Assembly: GCA_009773755.1 (NCBI GenBank)
Contig: WSZJ01000007.1
Span: forward strand, 3,493 to 67,492
Source: Planctomycetota bacterium
GTDB taxonomy: Bacteria > Planctomycetota > MHYJ01 > WSZJ01
Reading direction: 5' to 3'
Length of the DNA: 64,000 bases
A program made the position numbers and the translations under genes. The notes below the pieces were generated by a model that worked only from the letters and a program-made list of their open reading frames with translations, had not been told where the DNA came from and searched no databases. The stretch's first letter is position 1. The number at the start of each line of letters is the position of its first letter. Below, one piece after another: positions 54,203-63,610 of this stretch.

Positions 54203-55669
54203 TCAAGCCAACGCCGGCAGCCGCCGGCCCAGGAACTCCGCCGCCACCGCACGGTCGTCGAACGGCTTCACCCCGTCCTTGAAGATCTGGTAGGTCTCGT
54301 GCCCCTTGCCGGCGATCAGCACGGTGTCGCCGGAACGCGCTTCCCGAAGCGCCTTGCGGATCGCTTCCCGCCGGTCCGGCTCGACCATGCGCGGCGCTTC
54401 CCTGGGAAGTCCCGCGAGGACGTCGTCGAGGATCCGGAGAGGGTCCTCAGTGCGCGGGTTGTCGCTCGTGACGACGGCGAGGTCCGCGTATTGCGCGCAG
54501 GCCTTCGCCATCATGGGGCGCTTCCCCTTGTCGCGGTCGCCGCCGCAGCCGAAGACGCAGATGAGGCGCCCCGGCGTGAGGGGCCGGAGCGCGGTGAGGA
54601 CGTTGACGAGGGCGTCGTCGGTGTGGGCGTAGTCGACGAGGACGGCGAAGGGCTGGCCGCAGCGGACGGGCTCGAGGCGGCCGCGGACGAAGGAGCATGC
54701 GGCGGCGCCGTCGCGGAGGGCGTCGGGGTCGAGGCCCATGCCTTCGAGGCAGGCGATCGCGCCGAGGACGTTCTGGACGTTGTGGCGGCCGACGAGCGGC
54801 GAGAAGACGGGGCCTTCGAAGCCGGCGGCGCGGAGGAAGAAGCGGGTGCCGTCGAGCGTCGTCGAATGGACTTCGGCGCGGACTTTCGCGGCGGGCGAGA
54901 GGCCGAAGGTCGCGGCGGGGACCGCGGAGGCTTCCGCCATGTATGCGCCGTAAGGGTCGTCGACGTTGACCGCGGCTGCGGCCCCGGGCTTGAGCCCGCG
55001 GAAAAGCAGCGCCTTGGCGTCGCGGTAGTGCTCCATCGTCCTGTGGTAGTCCAGGTGGTCGCGCGTGAGGTTCGTGAAGATCGCGCCGCCGAACTCGATC
55101 CCGGCGATGCGGCCCTGGTGAAGCGCGTGGGACGAGACTTCCATGACGCAGTGCGTCAACCCGATCCGCACCATCTCCGCGAACATCTCCTGCAGCTCGA
55201 CCGGCCCGGGCGTCGTGTTGTCGGCCGGAATGTCCCGCCGCCCGAACTGGTAGCTGATCGTCCCCAGCAGCCCGCACTTCGCTCCCGCCGCGTTCAGCAT
55301 CGCGCGGATGAGGTGCGTCGTGGTGGTCTTGCCGTTGGTCCCCGTGACGCCCACGACCTGAAGCCTGCGCGAAGGGTTCCCGTGGAATTCCGCCGCGAGC
55401 CGCGACGCCGCGTCGCGCGCATCGGCCACGACCGCCTGCGGCCGCCCGAACGGCAGCTCGAGTTTTTTCGAAGCGACCACCGCGACCGCGCCATTCTCGA
55501 GCGCCGAAATCGCGTACTTCGCGCCGTCGTCTTTCACCCCCGGGATCGCGACGAAAACCCACCCCGGGCGCACTTTGCGCGAGTCGGCCGTGACGCCGAG
55601 AACCTCGGCGTCCTTGAAGAGCGACCACGAAGCGCCCGAAAGCGCCGCGCGCAATTTCAAGAGTTTCAC
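54203..55669 (-). CDS. murE: UDP-N-acetylmuramoyl-L-alanyl-D-glutamate--2,6-diaminopimelate ligase
   Basis: Blocks VTGTNGKTTT, DYAHTDDAL, GCGGDRDKGKRP and DNPR are present. GTG start. Confidence 0.9.
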   Translation of the reverse strand: MKLLKLRAALSGASWSLFKDAEVLGVTADSRKVRPGWVFVAIPGVKDDGAKYAISALENGAVAVVASKKLELPFGRPQAVVADARDAASRLAAEFHGNPSRRLQVVGVTGTNGKTTTTHLIRAMLNAAGAKCGLLGTISYQFGRRDIPADNTTPGPVELQEMFAEMVRIGLTHCVMEVSSHALHQGRIAGIEFGGAIFTNLTRDHLDYHRTMEHYRDAKALLFRGLKPGAAAAVNVDDPYGAYMAEASAVPAATFGLSPAAKVRAEVHSTTLDGTRFFLRAAGFEGPVFSPLVGRHNVQNVLGAIACLEGMGLDPDALRDGAAACSFVRGRLEPVRCGQPFAVLVDYAHTDDALVNVLTALRPLTPGRLICVFGCGGDRDKGKRPMMAKACAQYADLAVVTSDNPRTEDPLRILDDVLAGLPREAPRMVEPDRREAIRKALREARSGDTVLIAGKGHETYQIFKDGVKPFDDRAVAAEFLGRRLPALA

Positions 55670-55706
55670 AACCCCTCTCCTTAGCCGGTTCCGAGGCCGG
55701 CGTCCG

Positions 55707-55753
55707 TCGTCCTCTCCCGTCTCCCGTCTCAGAACTCCCGACTGCTCTACTCG
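55707..55753. repeat. heptamer-periodic NNNCTCC tract
   Basis: The sequence cgtcctctcc cgtctcc cgtctca gaactcc cgactgc tctactc lies in the ftsI-murE spacer. Confidence 0.5.
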
Positions 55754-55805
55754 CCCAGCAACATCGCCGCTTCCGCCAGCGTTTCCCAGATCGCCACAAG
55801 CACTC

Positions 55806-57593
55806 TCATCGCCGTCCCTCCGTAGCCGTTTTCCTCACCCATTCCTCGCGCTTTGCCTTGACCTTCGCCGCGTCCGGCCTGACTTCCAGCAGCGTCAGGC
55901 CTTCTCTCAGGATTTCACCGACCGCCGGGGCCGCCACCGTCCCGCCGTAGTACGCCCCTTGCGGCTCCTTCACGACTACCACCACCAGCAGCTTCGGGTC
56001 GTCCGCCGGCGCGAACCCGACGAAACTCGAGGCGTACTTCCCCGCCGCGTACTTCCCGTCCTTTCCGAGGAGCTTCGTCGTCCCCGTCTTCCCCGCCACC
56101 AGCCAGCCGTCGAGCTTCGCGGCCTTCGCCGTCCCGCGCTCCACAACCTGAATCATCATCGACACGATGTCGCGGCTGACTTTGGCGCTCACGTAGCGTT
56201 TTCCCTCAGGAAACGCAGACATTTCGATTTCCTCGCCGCGGTCGTCGAGGACCGCTCCGACCAGACGCGGTGGAATCAGCGTTCCGCCATTGGCGATCGC
56301 CCCGTAAGCCTGGGCGAGCTGAAGCGGCGTGACGCCGACCGCGTAGCCGAAGGAGGCGCTCACGACGGTCTGGGGCGCCCACGGATGCTCGCGCGGCAGG
56401 ACCCCCGGCGATTCGCCCGGGATCCCCGCGCCGGTCGCTTTTCCGCACCCGAACCCGCGGAGCCAGGTCTCGAGATCCGTCGGCTTCATGCGCGTCGCCA
56501 TCTTCGCCATGCCGACGTTCGAGCTCACAATCAGCACGTCCGCGACCGAAATCGCCCCGTGCCCGTGCACATCCGAAATCGTCCGCCCGCGGTAGTTCCA
56601 CGACCCGCCCGCGCAGTCGATGATCTCGCCGGGCTTCACCAGCCCCTTTTCCAGAAGCCCGGCCATCACGATCCCTTTGAACGTCGACCCCGGCTCCACG
56701 AAATCCGTCGCCGCCCGGCACCGGCGAGCCTCGGGCTTCCCCGCCGCCGGATTGTTCGGGTCGTAGTTCGGGTACCCCGCGATGGCCAGAATCTCCCCCG
56801 TCCGCGGGTCGGTCACCACCGCCACCGCGCTTTCCGGCGAGTGTTTCTCCATCACCTTCGCCAGCGCCTGCTCCGCCACGTTCTGGATCCGCGCGTCGAT
56901 CGTGAGCTGAAGCGTCGCCCCGGGCCGCGCGTCCTTCACCGGCCGCGTGAAGCTGCTGATCATGTCGCGCCGCGCGTCCCGCAGCACCCACTGCTCGCCC
57001 GCCCGGCCCGCGAGCACCTGCTGGTACTCGCGCTCCAGCCCCTCCAGCCCGAATCCGTCGATGTCGACGTACCCGAGCACCTGCCCCATCGAGTTCCCGA
57101 GCACGTAAGCCCGGCGCGTGTCGCTTTCGAACCCGACGCCGCGAAGCTTCAGCGCCTTGACTGCCGCCTCTTCCTCAGGCGAGCAGCGCCGCTTCACCCA
57201 CGTGAACCGTCGCCCGCTCTTGAGCTTTTTGAGAAGCGCCTCCCGGTCGAGCCCCAGGGCCGCAGCGAGCTTTGACGCCGCTTCCTCCACTTCCTCCGGG
57301 CCCCCCAGGAACTTCGGGTCCGCGAAGCAGCTGGGCACGCGCTTCGAAATCGCCAGCATCTGCCCGCGCCGGTCGACGATATCGCCGCGCGCGGGCTCGA
57401 TTTCCTCGAGGGCCCACGCCTGGGCTTCCTGATCGGCGACGGCGGAGTCATGGCCGCGCACCTGGATCGCCCAGAGCCGGACGCCGAGGGCGCAGAAGAG
57501 GCAGGCAAAGAAAGCGAAGCCGGCGTCGAATTTCCAGCCGGCCGGGCGCGAAGAAGGCGCGGCGGTCGAGGAGGACTGGCTGTGGGTGAACAC
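55806..57593 (-). CDS. ftsI: division-specific class B penicillin-binding protein (FtsI/PBP3-like)
   Basis: N-terminal TM, a dimerisation domain and a transpeptidase domain (GSTFK SxxK, SSN SxN, KTGT). Its position is between ftsL and murE. Confidence 0.85.
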   Translation of the reverse strand: MFTHSQSSSTAAPSSRPAGWKFDAGFAFFACLFCALGVRLWAIQVRGHDSAVADQEAQAWALEEIEPARGDIVDRRGQMLAISKRVPSCFADPKFLGGPEEVEEAASKLAAALGLDREALLKKLKSGRRFTWVKRRCSPEEEAAVKALKLRGVGFESDTRRAYVLGNSMGQVLGYVDIDGFGLEGLEREYQQVLAGRAGEQWVLRDARRDMISSFTRPVKDARPGATLQLTIDARIQNVAEQALAKVMEKHSPESAVAVVTDPRTGEILAIAGYPNYDPNNPAAGKPEARRCRAATDFVEPGSTFKGIVMAGLLEKGLVKPGEIIDCAGGSWNYRGRTISDVHGHGAISVADVLIVSSNVGMAKMATRMKPTDLETWLRGFGCGKATGAGIPGESPGVLPREHPWAPQTVVSASFGYAVGVTPLQLAQAYGAIANGGTLIPPRLVGAVLDDRGEEIEMSAFPEGKRYVSAKVSRDIVSMMIQVVERGTAKAAKLDGWLVAGKTGTTKLLGKDGKYAAGKYASSFVGFAPADDPKLLVVVVVKEPQGAYYGGTVAAPAVGEILREGLTLLEVRPDAAKVKAKREEWVRKTATEGRR

Positions 57594-57629
57594 CGTAGTG
57601 CTCCGGGGTGCGGCGTCGTCGGTGGAAAG

Positions 57630-57665
57630 GCAGTGAGTAGTGGGTAGGAGGTAGGGGGTAGTTCT
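57630..57665. repeat. heptamer-periodic GGTAG-family tract
   Basis: The sequence gcagtgagt agtgggt aggaggt agggggt agttc lies in the ftsL-ftsI spacer. It is in inverted orientation relative to the tract at 58031-58064 on the other side of ftsL. Confidence 0.65.
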
Positions 57666-57678
57666 TGTCGGCGATCCG

Positions 57679-58011
57679 TCAGGGTCTTCCGGGATTCCTT
57701 GCGTCTACGACTCGTTCACCGAACTGCGGGGCCGCCTGGCCGGGCTTCAGGACACGCCAGTCCTGCGGCACCGCGAGAACCACGCCCAGCGCCGTCGCGC
57801 GCTCCATGAGCGCCGCCGGCGCCTTGCACCGTCCGACCTCGGCTTCCAGCCGCCGCCGCTCGCGTTCCAGCTCCGCGAGCCGTTGCTCGCGATCGCGGAT
57901 CCAGTACCCGAGGCGAAGCGTCTCCGCCTGCTGCCAAACGGTGAGCAGCCCGACAAGCAGGAACAACGCGACGAGAAGGATGGGCCGTGAAGTCTTCAAG
58001 TCATCTCCCAT
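57679..58011 (-). CDS. ftsL: FtsL-like cell division protein
   Basis: 110 aa with a single TM (ILLVALFLLVGLLTVW) followed by a coiled coil (REQRLAELERERRRLEAEV). Canonical position between rsmH and ftsI. Confidence 0.6.
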   Translation of the reverse strand: MGDDLKTSRPILLVALFLLVGLLTVWQQAETLRLGYWIRDREQRLAELERERRRLEAEVGRCKAPAALMERATALGVVLAVPQDWRVLKPGQAAPQFGERVVDARNPGRP

Positions 58012-58030
58012 GTTGCATGGTCGGGCCGTT

Positions 58031-58064
58031 CCTACCCCCTACCCACTACCAACTACCCCCTGCC
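58031..58064. repeat. heptamer-periodic CCTACCC/ACTACCN tract
   Basis: The sequence cctaccc cctaccc actacca actaccc cctgcc has a reverse complement that encodes the last residues (QGVVGSG) and the TAG stop of rsmH. Confidence 0.65.
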
Positions 58065-58938
58065 GTCGAATCACCCTCAACTTCGCACTCCGGCTCCGCG
58101 CGTTGCTCAACTCCTCCCCCCGCGACGGCTTCACAACATGTTTCGTCAACAACTGCCACCCGCCTTCACGCGCCAGCGCCTTGAATCGCTCCTTCACCAT
58201 CCGGTCCTCGAGCGAGTGGAAGGAAATGACGGCGAAGCGGCCGCCGGGATTCAACAGCGCCGGCAACCGGTCGAGCGCGACTTTCAGGCGCTCCAGCTCG
58301 CGGTTGACCGCGATCCGGATCGCCTGGAAGGCGCGCGTCGCCGGGTGCGTACGCCCGCGCCGCCCCCCGACCGCCCCTGCCACCACTTCCGCCAGACGCG
58401 CCGTGTCCGAGAACGGCTTCCCCTTCCGTTCGGGCACGATCGCGTCCGCCGCCCGCCTCGACTGCCGTTCTTCGCCCAGCTCGCGGAAGATCCGTTCCAG
58501 TTCTTCCGCGGACGCCCCGTTCACCAGCTCCGCCGCCGAGCGCTCCGAATCCGGCCCCATCCGCATGTCGAGCGGCCCGGGGCGCGAGAAGGAGAACCCG
58601 CGCGCCGGGTCGTCGAGCTGGAGGCTCGAAACGCCCAGGTCGAGCAGAATGCCGTCGCACTTCGCGCCTCCCCAGAGGCGTTGCGCGACTTCCTCGACGC
58701 GTTCGTACGAGCCCAACTCGATTTGCGCGTTCGCGCCTCTCCCGAGTCTCGAACCCGCAAGTTCCACGGCCACCGGGTCGCGGTCCAGCCCGATCAGGCG
58801 CCCGCCAGGACCGATCCTTCCCAGGATCTCCCGGGCGTGCCCCCCGGCGCCGGCCGTCCCGTCCACCCAGCTTTCGCCGGGTTTCGGATCGGCCAGCGCC
58901 AGGAATTCCGCGACCAGGACAGGCGCGTGGTCCCCCAC
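58039..58938 (-). CDS. rsmH: 16S rRNA (cytosine1402-N4)-methyltransferase
   Basis: Blocks HAPVLVAE, DGTAGAGGH, GILLDLGVSS, ISFHSLEDR are present. GTG start overlapping the stop of the upstream small ORF by 1 nt. Confidence 0.9.
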   Translation of the reverse strand: MGDHAPVLVAEFLALADPKPGESWVDGTAGAGGHAREILGRIGPGGRLIGLDRDPVAVELAGSRLGRGANAQIELGSYERVEEVAQRLWGGAKCDGILLDLGVSSLQLDDPARGFSFSRPGPLDMRMGPDSERSAAELVNGASAEELERIFRELGEERQSRRAADAIVPERKGKPFSDTARLAEVVAGAVGGRRGRTHPATRAFQAIRIAVNRELERLKVALDRLPALLNPGGRFAVISFHSLEDRMVKERFKALAREGGWQLLTKHVVKPSRGEELSNARSRSAKLRVIRRQGVVGSG

Positions 58939-59201
58939 TACAGCAGGGCGGCGACGCGCGTCAGGAGCGGGAAGCGATACTGCTTCTTCCCGATGCCGAG
59001 CTCCTTGACGAGTTCGTAGAGACTCTCGCCAAAGCCGACGCCGGCGAACGCCGGGCTCATTGCCCGCAGGCGCTCGAGACGGCGCACGACTTCCTCGACG
59101 TGCGGCCGCGCATCGCGCAGCACGTTCATGTCGAGCAGCCCCTGGTGCCTCGATTCCAGGAGGTCCTTCACCACATCGAAAGAATCCCGCTTCTCGGACA
59201 T
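58938..59201 (-). CDS. small hypothetical protein between mraZ and rsmH (87 aa)
   Basis: GAAGGGG lies 7 nt upstream of the ATG. The gene is tightly packed, with its stop overlapping the rsmH start. No TM and no family recognised. Confidence 0.45.
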   Translation of the reverse strand: MSEKRDSFDVVKDLLESRHQGLLDMNVLRDARPHVEEVVRRLERLRAMSPAFAGVGFGESLYELVKELGIGKKQYRFPLLTRVAALL

Positions 59202-59243
59202 AAGTTCACCCCTTCTCGCTGCCGCCCTCGCCCCGTTGAACGT

Positions 59244-59702
59244 CTATTGAGAACGCCGGAAGATGCTCTCCCGCATGCCTCCGGGCGTTTCAAACGCTTT
59301 CTTCTGGAAGTCTTCCCAACGGCCCTGCGTCCAGATCTGCAAGTGATTGCCGCGACCTATGACGACGACGTCCCTCTCGATGCCGGCCTGCCCCTTGAGG
59401 TCGGCCGTGAGCGTGATGCGCCCCTGGTCGTCGAGGTCGAGTTCCTGGGTTGTGGCGTCGAGTAGCGTGATGATGGCGTCCAGCTTCGGGTCGCTGTCGG
59501 CGCGCTTTTCCAACGCTTCCATGCGCTCTGCGTAGATTGCCGGCGAGCACACGGTGAGAATGAAGAAGTTGTCCAGGGGGTAGACGCCGACCTTGACGTG
59601 GTCACCGAGGACTTCGCGAAAGCGGGCTGGAATGACGACGCGGTGCTTCTGGTCGACAACCTGGGAGTGGTTGCCGCTGAGCCTGTTCCTGGATTCTGCC
59701 AT
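59244..59702 (-). CDS. mraZ: transcriptional regulator MraZ
   Basis: 152 aa with two SpoVT/AbrB-like repeats carrying the MraZ signature (DQKHRVVIPARF and DDQGRITLTADL). Confidence 0.9.
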   Translation of the reverse strand: MAESRNRLSGNHSQVVDQKHRVVIPARFREVLGDHVKVGVYPLDNFFILTVCSPAIYAERMEALEKRADSDPKLDAIITLLDATTQELDLDDQGRITLTADLKGQAGIERDVVVIGRGNHLQIWTQGRWEDFQKKAFETPGGMRESIFRRSQ

Positions 59703-59788
59703 TGCCGCGCCCCGTGGTACCCGCCGCTCCCGCCTGCCACTTGATGGGGGTGAGTGGGATTAGACACCACTTCTCCCCAGTTGAAGCA

Positions 59789-59817
59789 CTTTTACGCTGT
59801 CCTCTTCGACGAGTCAA
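59789..59817 (-). promoter_or_regulatory. candidate sigma70-type promoter for the dcw operon
   Basis: The minus strand reads TTGACT (59817-59812), a 17-nt spacer, then TAAAAG (59794-59789), about 85 nt upstream of the mraZ ATG. The -10 element is weak. Confidence 0.3.
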
Positions 59818-60201
59818 GCCCACAACTTGAAAATTATGAAGAGCTTACGAAGATTCACACGAGCGGGGGCGCGGCACAACGAGCGGGGTCGTCAATTTGA
59901 AATGCCCACTACAGCTTGTGTTTCCGAATGGAAACGTTAGGGGGCAAAAGATGGCAGGCGACTGTACAGAATCGGCCGAAATGGATTTTCAGAATGATGA
60001 ATGTACGTTTAAACCTATTAGCGACAATGGTTTGCGCGAGCTGTCAAGTTTTGAAATGAGAATCCGTGAAAATATTTCAAGTTTCACTGACAGGACACAA
60101 GATTCATCGCTTGACCCGTGTCGCGAACAGAGTCCACCCCCACTCCCTACCACAGTCGGAATTCCGCGGCAGATCCCGCGTACCCCCCCCATGGATCGGG
60201 G

Positions 60202-61413
60202 TTATTTTTTCAGCAGGAATTCGTAGTGCTTACCCTCCAGGTCTTTCCCCTCGCTTCGAATCACGAGGCCCTCTGTTGCAGCCGCTAAAGCGAGCGGCTT
60301 GCCCGTAAACGGATCGTCGGGCGCGAGGAGCCCCGCCATGCTCGCCGGATCCTCGCCCTTTTCCACCCGATGGCTCGCCACAGCCACCAGCGCTATCAGC
60401 CCCGCACGCAAAACCTCGAGCTCCGCCCGACTCCTTCCGATTGCGGCCATTCCTGGCGCCAACAGGTTGATAACCAGGTTCGTTCCTTTCGGAATGGCGC
60501 CGATCCTCTCGAGCTCCGCCCGCCCCTCGTGCGCCGGCTTGCGAAGCGCCGCCGCGATTTCGTCCATCAGCGCTTCGTATTCTTTCAGCGCTTGCTTCAT
60601 GTACGCCCGGAACTTCTCGAGGTCCTTTGCCATCTCCACCGCCACCCCGAACTCTTCTAATACCTCAGCTAGCGCCTTGTCGCTCTTCTTGCCCGCCGCC
60701 TCTATCCCTCCGACACAGGCGAGGAGTTCCCGAATCGCAGTCTCCGGGTTGTCCATCTCCAGGTACCGCTTCACGAGCTGCCCGGCAGTTCGCTTCTCCT
60801 CCGCAATTCCCGCCCCCCAATCCCACCCGTAGGCCGGCACCTCGCGGACGGCCTGCGCGATTCGTGCCCGCTCTACCTTGCCTGCTGCGCCTCGACCGAC
60901 GAAGCGGACCATCGCTTCGACATGGCCCTTGAAGATCACCTTCCCAACCAGGCTCGAAATCAGGACCGGGTCCGCCGCGATGTGCCGCGCCATCCGCAAA
61001 CCGTCCAGCCACGCCTCCACTGCTTCCCCACCGTTCCCCACCGAATCCAGCCGCGTCGCCCGAAGCAGATTCAATCGGGCGAGCTGTCGTGCCTTCGCGA
61101 GATGTGGAAGCGTCATTTCGTATCCGTCTTCAAATGCGAGCCCGAAATCGCATGAAGACTTGAGCGAGGCCTTGTGGAGTTCCAGGCAGGCGCCGGCGTT
61201 CTTGTCGACCAGTCCGCCCAACGCGGCGTCGTCCCATGCCGCCCTCCCTTCGGCGACGTCGTCGCATTTCATCCAGATAGCGTCGTCCGCTTCCGGAGCC
61301 TGGATCATCGAGAACGCGCGCCAGTATCCGAGGGCTGCGTTGGCGGAAGCGGGGGTTTCCGCCGACACGACGGACGTTGTTCCGAGGATCACGAGAACGG
61401 CGATCGTTTTCAT
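60202..61413 (-). CDS. secreted helical hypothetical protein
   Basis: Start at MKTIAVLVILGTTSVVSA (signal peptide). Ala/Leu/Glu-rich, no family recognised. Confidence 0.5.
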   Translation of the reverse strand: MKTIAVLVILGTTSVVSAETPASANAALGYWRAFSMIQAPEADDAIWMKCDDVAEGRAAWDDAALGGLVDKNAGACLELHKASLKSSCDFGLAFEDGYEMTLPHLAKARQLARLNLLRATRLDSVGNGGEAVEAWLDGLRMARHIAADPVLISSLVGKVIFKGHVEAMVRFVGRGAAGKVERARIAQAVREVPAYGWDWGAGIAEEKRTAGQLVKRYLEMDNPETAIRELLACVGGIEAAGKKSDKALAEVLEEFGVAVEMAKDLEKFRAYMKQALKEYEALMDEIAAALRKPAHEGRAELERIGAIPKGTNLVINLLAPGMAAIGRSRAELEVLRAGLIALVAVASHRVEKGEDPASMAGLLAPDDPFTGKPLALAAATEGLVIRSEGKDLEGKHYEFLLKK

Positions 61414-61456
61414 GGCGGACTCCAAAGAGAAGCAGGTTTGAAGGTCTCGTTGAATG

Positions 61457-61825
61457 TCAGCGAATGCGCATTTCTTCGCCGCCCACTGCCCGCAACAACC
61501 GCGGGGCCGCAGCGTCGAGGAATTCGGTCAGGGAGTTGTCGTCCACCGCGGCGCGCCGAAGTGTTGCCAGCGAGACGTCCGGAGCCCCGTGGGCGTCAGG
61601 CAAGGTGTACAGAACGCTCGGAGGCCGGTCCGTCGAGGGCCGGTTCGGACGTTCGAGCCGCTTCACGATCTGCATCCCGAGCAGGGCCACGGCGGCGGCG
61701 GAGAGCATCGTCAGCAACCGGGTGAGGACGACTTTTCCACGGCGAAGCGGGAGGGGCCGCGGCGAGCGGGGCCGGAATGCGCGCAGGTCTCTTTCGAACT
61801 CCGCCAGCTCCCGGTCGTCCATCAC
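61457..61825 (-). CDS. putative anti-sigma factor (single-pass)
   Basis: Four-nucleotide overlap with the upstream ECF sigma gene. A short cytoplasmic N-terminus is followed by one TM (VVLTRLLTMLSAAAVALLGMQIV). Confidence 0.5.
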   Translation of the reverse strand: MMDDRELAEFERDLRAFRPRSPRPLPLRRGKVVLTRLLTMLSAAAVALLGMQIVKRLERPNRPSTDRPPSVLYTLPDAHGAPDVSLATLRRAAVDDNSLTEFLDAAAPRLLRAVGGEEMRIR

Positions 61826-62313
61826 TCAGCCTCCGAGCGGGCCATGAGCGCCCGCAGTTTTTCGACTCCGTACCGCCACCGCGAGGCGGCCGTGTTCGCG
61901 GAAATCGAGAGCAGGCTCGCGATTTCCTCGAACGTCAATTCGCCCCACGTCTTCATGACCACGACCTCCCGTTGCTCGCCGGGCAATTCCTCAAGCGCCG
62001 CCTCCAGCCTCTCGCGGTCCTCGTCCGGCCCGGCAGGCTCGAACCACGGCTCGCATTCCAAATCGGTCCGGTTTCGCTCGCGCCTCGTGGCATCGAGGAC
62101 TGCGTTTCGCACCGCGCGGAACAGGTAGGGCCGGGGATCGTCAGGTTTTGAAACCCGGCCTTCGAGCAGCCGCAGGAACACCTGGTGCACCGCGTCCTCG
62201 CCCGCAGCCGCGTCTCCCGCCACGGTCCGCGCGAACATCAGAAGCGCGGGGCCGTGTTCGTTGTACCAGCGGCGGATCAGGAGTTGGTCCATCGTTCCGG
62301 TGTTCTCACCCAT
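61822..62313 (-). CDS. ECF-type RNA polymerase sigma factor
   Basis: Sigma-70 region 2 (AEDAVHQVFLRLL..YLFRAVRNAVLD) and region 4 (LPGEQREVVVMKTWGELTFEEIASLLSISANTAASRWRYG). The start is uncertain (62313, 62292 or 62388). Confidence 0.8.
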   Translation of the reverse strand: MGENTGTMDQLLIRRWYNEHGPALLMFARTVAGDAAAGEDAVHQVFLRLLEGRVSKPDDPRPYLFRAVRNAVLDATRRERNRTDLECEPWFEPAGPDEDRERLEAALEELPGEQREVVVMKTWGELTFEEIASLLSISANTAASRWRYGVEKLRALMARSEAE

Positions 62314-62391
62314 ACCACGAACCAAGATGCAGGAATTGTCTACCCAATCACAGATTTGTCCTTCAGCCACTGCCCGCCCGACGCTCACGCC

Positions 62392-63597
62392 TCAGACTCC
62401 CATTTCCGCGAATTGCTCCTCCGTCGGAAACCCGTTCACGCGATACCTCGCCGGGTACATCCCCTCCGGATTCAACCCACTTCCGAGTACCGCCGCTGCG
62501 CGCTCCCAGGACACCATTCCACGCATCTCAGACTTTTCCCCACCCACGACCTGCATGAACCCGATCGCTTCCGCTTCCGGAAGCAGCGTCTCGACGCCCT
62601 CCGTCCACGTCGTCAGGCTCGAGACGCGATCCGAGTCCCTGGAGCGAATCAACATCAGCGCCGCGACGTAGATCTCTTCCTTCCTGGCGGCGAAGTGCGC
62701 CTGGAGCAGATCCTTCTGCTCGGCGTACTCCTGCGAGATTGAGTGCAGGCGAAACGCGCGCAGGGCCCAGGCAAGGGGCGATCCGTCTCCCGGATCGAAC
62801 GGCTTCCACTCGCGCCCCGCGAGACGGATGGCAACTCCGCTCATCGCGCGCGGCTTTCGCAGGGACTGCCCGGCGAGATTGGCCATGGACGCCAGACCCT
62901 CGTGGTCGCCGGACCCGGCCAGGAGCACCTGGTTCTGGCTCGGGATCATCGCCACCGGATCTCCCTTAAGCCCCAGCCCCCGCACGAGGTCGACGAGGAG
63001 AATGCGCGACGCGTCGTGGTCGTCGCGCCACGGGGAAGCCAGGACTCCGCGATGCGGCCTTTCCCATTTCTCACCGCTCCGTCGCTCGAGATTCGCGAGC
63101 GCGGCCGCCATCGCCTCGTCGAATCCCGTCTTCCACTCGTCCAGCCTCGTTGCGGACACCGCTGCGACCGAGTCAGGCCCGTCGTACGCCAGGCTCGCCG
63201 CAAAATGTCCGGCGACCGCCCGGTATGGGATCTCCGGGATCGCGGGCCCGCCGGACTCTGAGCGCAGACGGAGGAACTCGTGGAAGACGCGAACGCGAAG
63301 GCGGGGCAGAAGTGCCGGGAGCGCGGCCGCGAACGTCGGCGGGATTTCGAGCGGGGTCACGGCGGCGCGGACGGCGCGCGTCAGGAGACGATCGCGGTCC
63401 GACTCTGCGGCGGCGTTGTATTCGTCGAAATGGTTCCGCAGAAAAATGCGCAGCGCCCCGTCGCCGACCACGAGCGCGAACTCCTGCATGTCGCGAACGA
63501 CCGGGCGCTGCTCCCCCGCCTTGCGGAGCCGCTCCTCGAACAGAATGGAAAATGCCGCCGGATCGACGGAACGCGCCTTTCGCCGGAATGGCCACAT
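62392..63597 (-). CDS. hypothetical protein
   Basis: Start at MWPFRRKARS. 401-aa soluble protein with coding-like composition. No family confidently recognised. Confidence 0.45.
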   Translation of the reverse strand: MWPFRRKARSVDPAAFSILFEERLRKAGEQRPVVRDMQEFALVVGDGALRIFLRNHFDEYNAAAESDRDRLLTRAVRAAVTPLEIPPTFAAALPALLPRLRVRVFHEFLRLRSESGGPAIPEIPYRAVAGHFAASLAYDGPDSVAAVSATRLDEWKTGFDEAMAAALANLERRSGEKWERPHRGVLASPWRDDHDASRILLVDLVRGLGLKGDPVAMIPSQNQVLLAGSGDHEGLASMANLAGQSLRKPRAMSGVAIRLAGREWKPFDPGDGSPLAWALRAFRLHSISQEYAEQKDLLQAHFAARKEEIYVAALMLIRSRDSDRVSSLTTWTEGVETLLPEAEAIGFMQVVGGEKSEMRGMVSWERAAAVLGSGLNPEGMYPARYRVNGFPTEEQFAEMGV

Positions 63598-63610
63598 GAT
63601 CCGCGCCGAC

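Noticed and set aside
59740-59765. MraZ operator boxes (direct repeats tgggggtga / gtgggatta) upstream of mraZ
   Set aside because: There are only two imperfect copies with ~9-nt spacing. That is too weak to annotate as a feature, so it is mentioned only as context in a finding.
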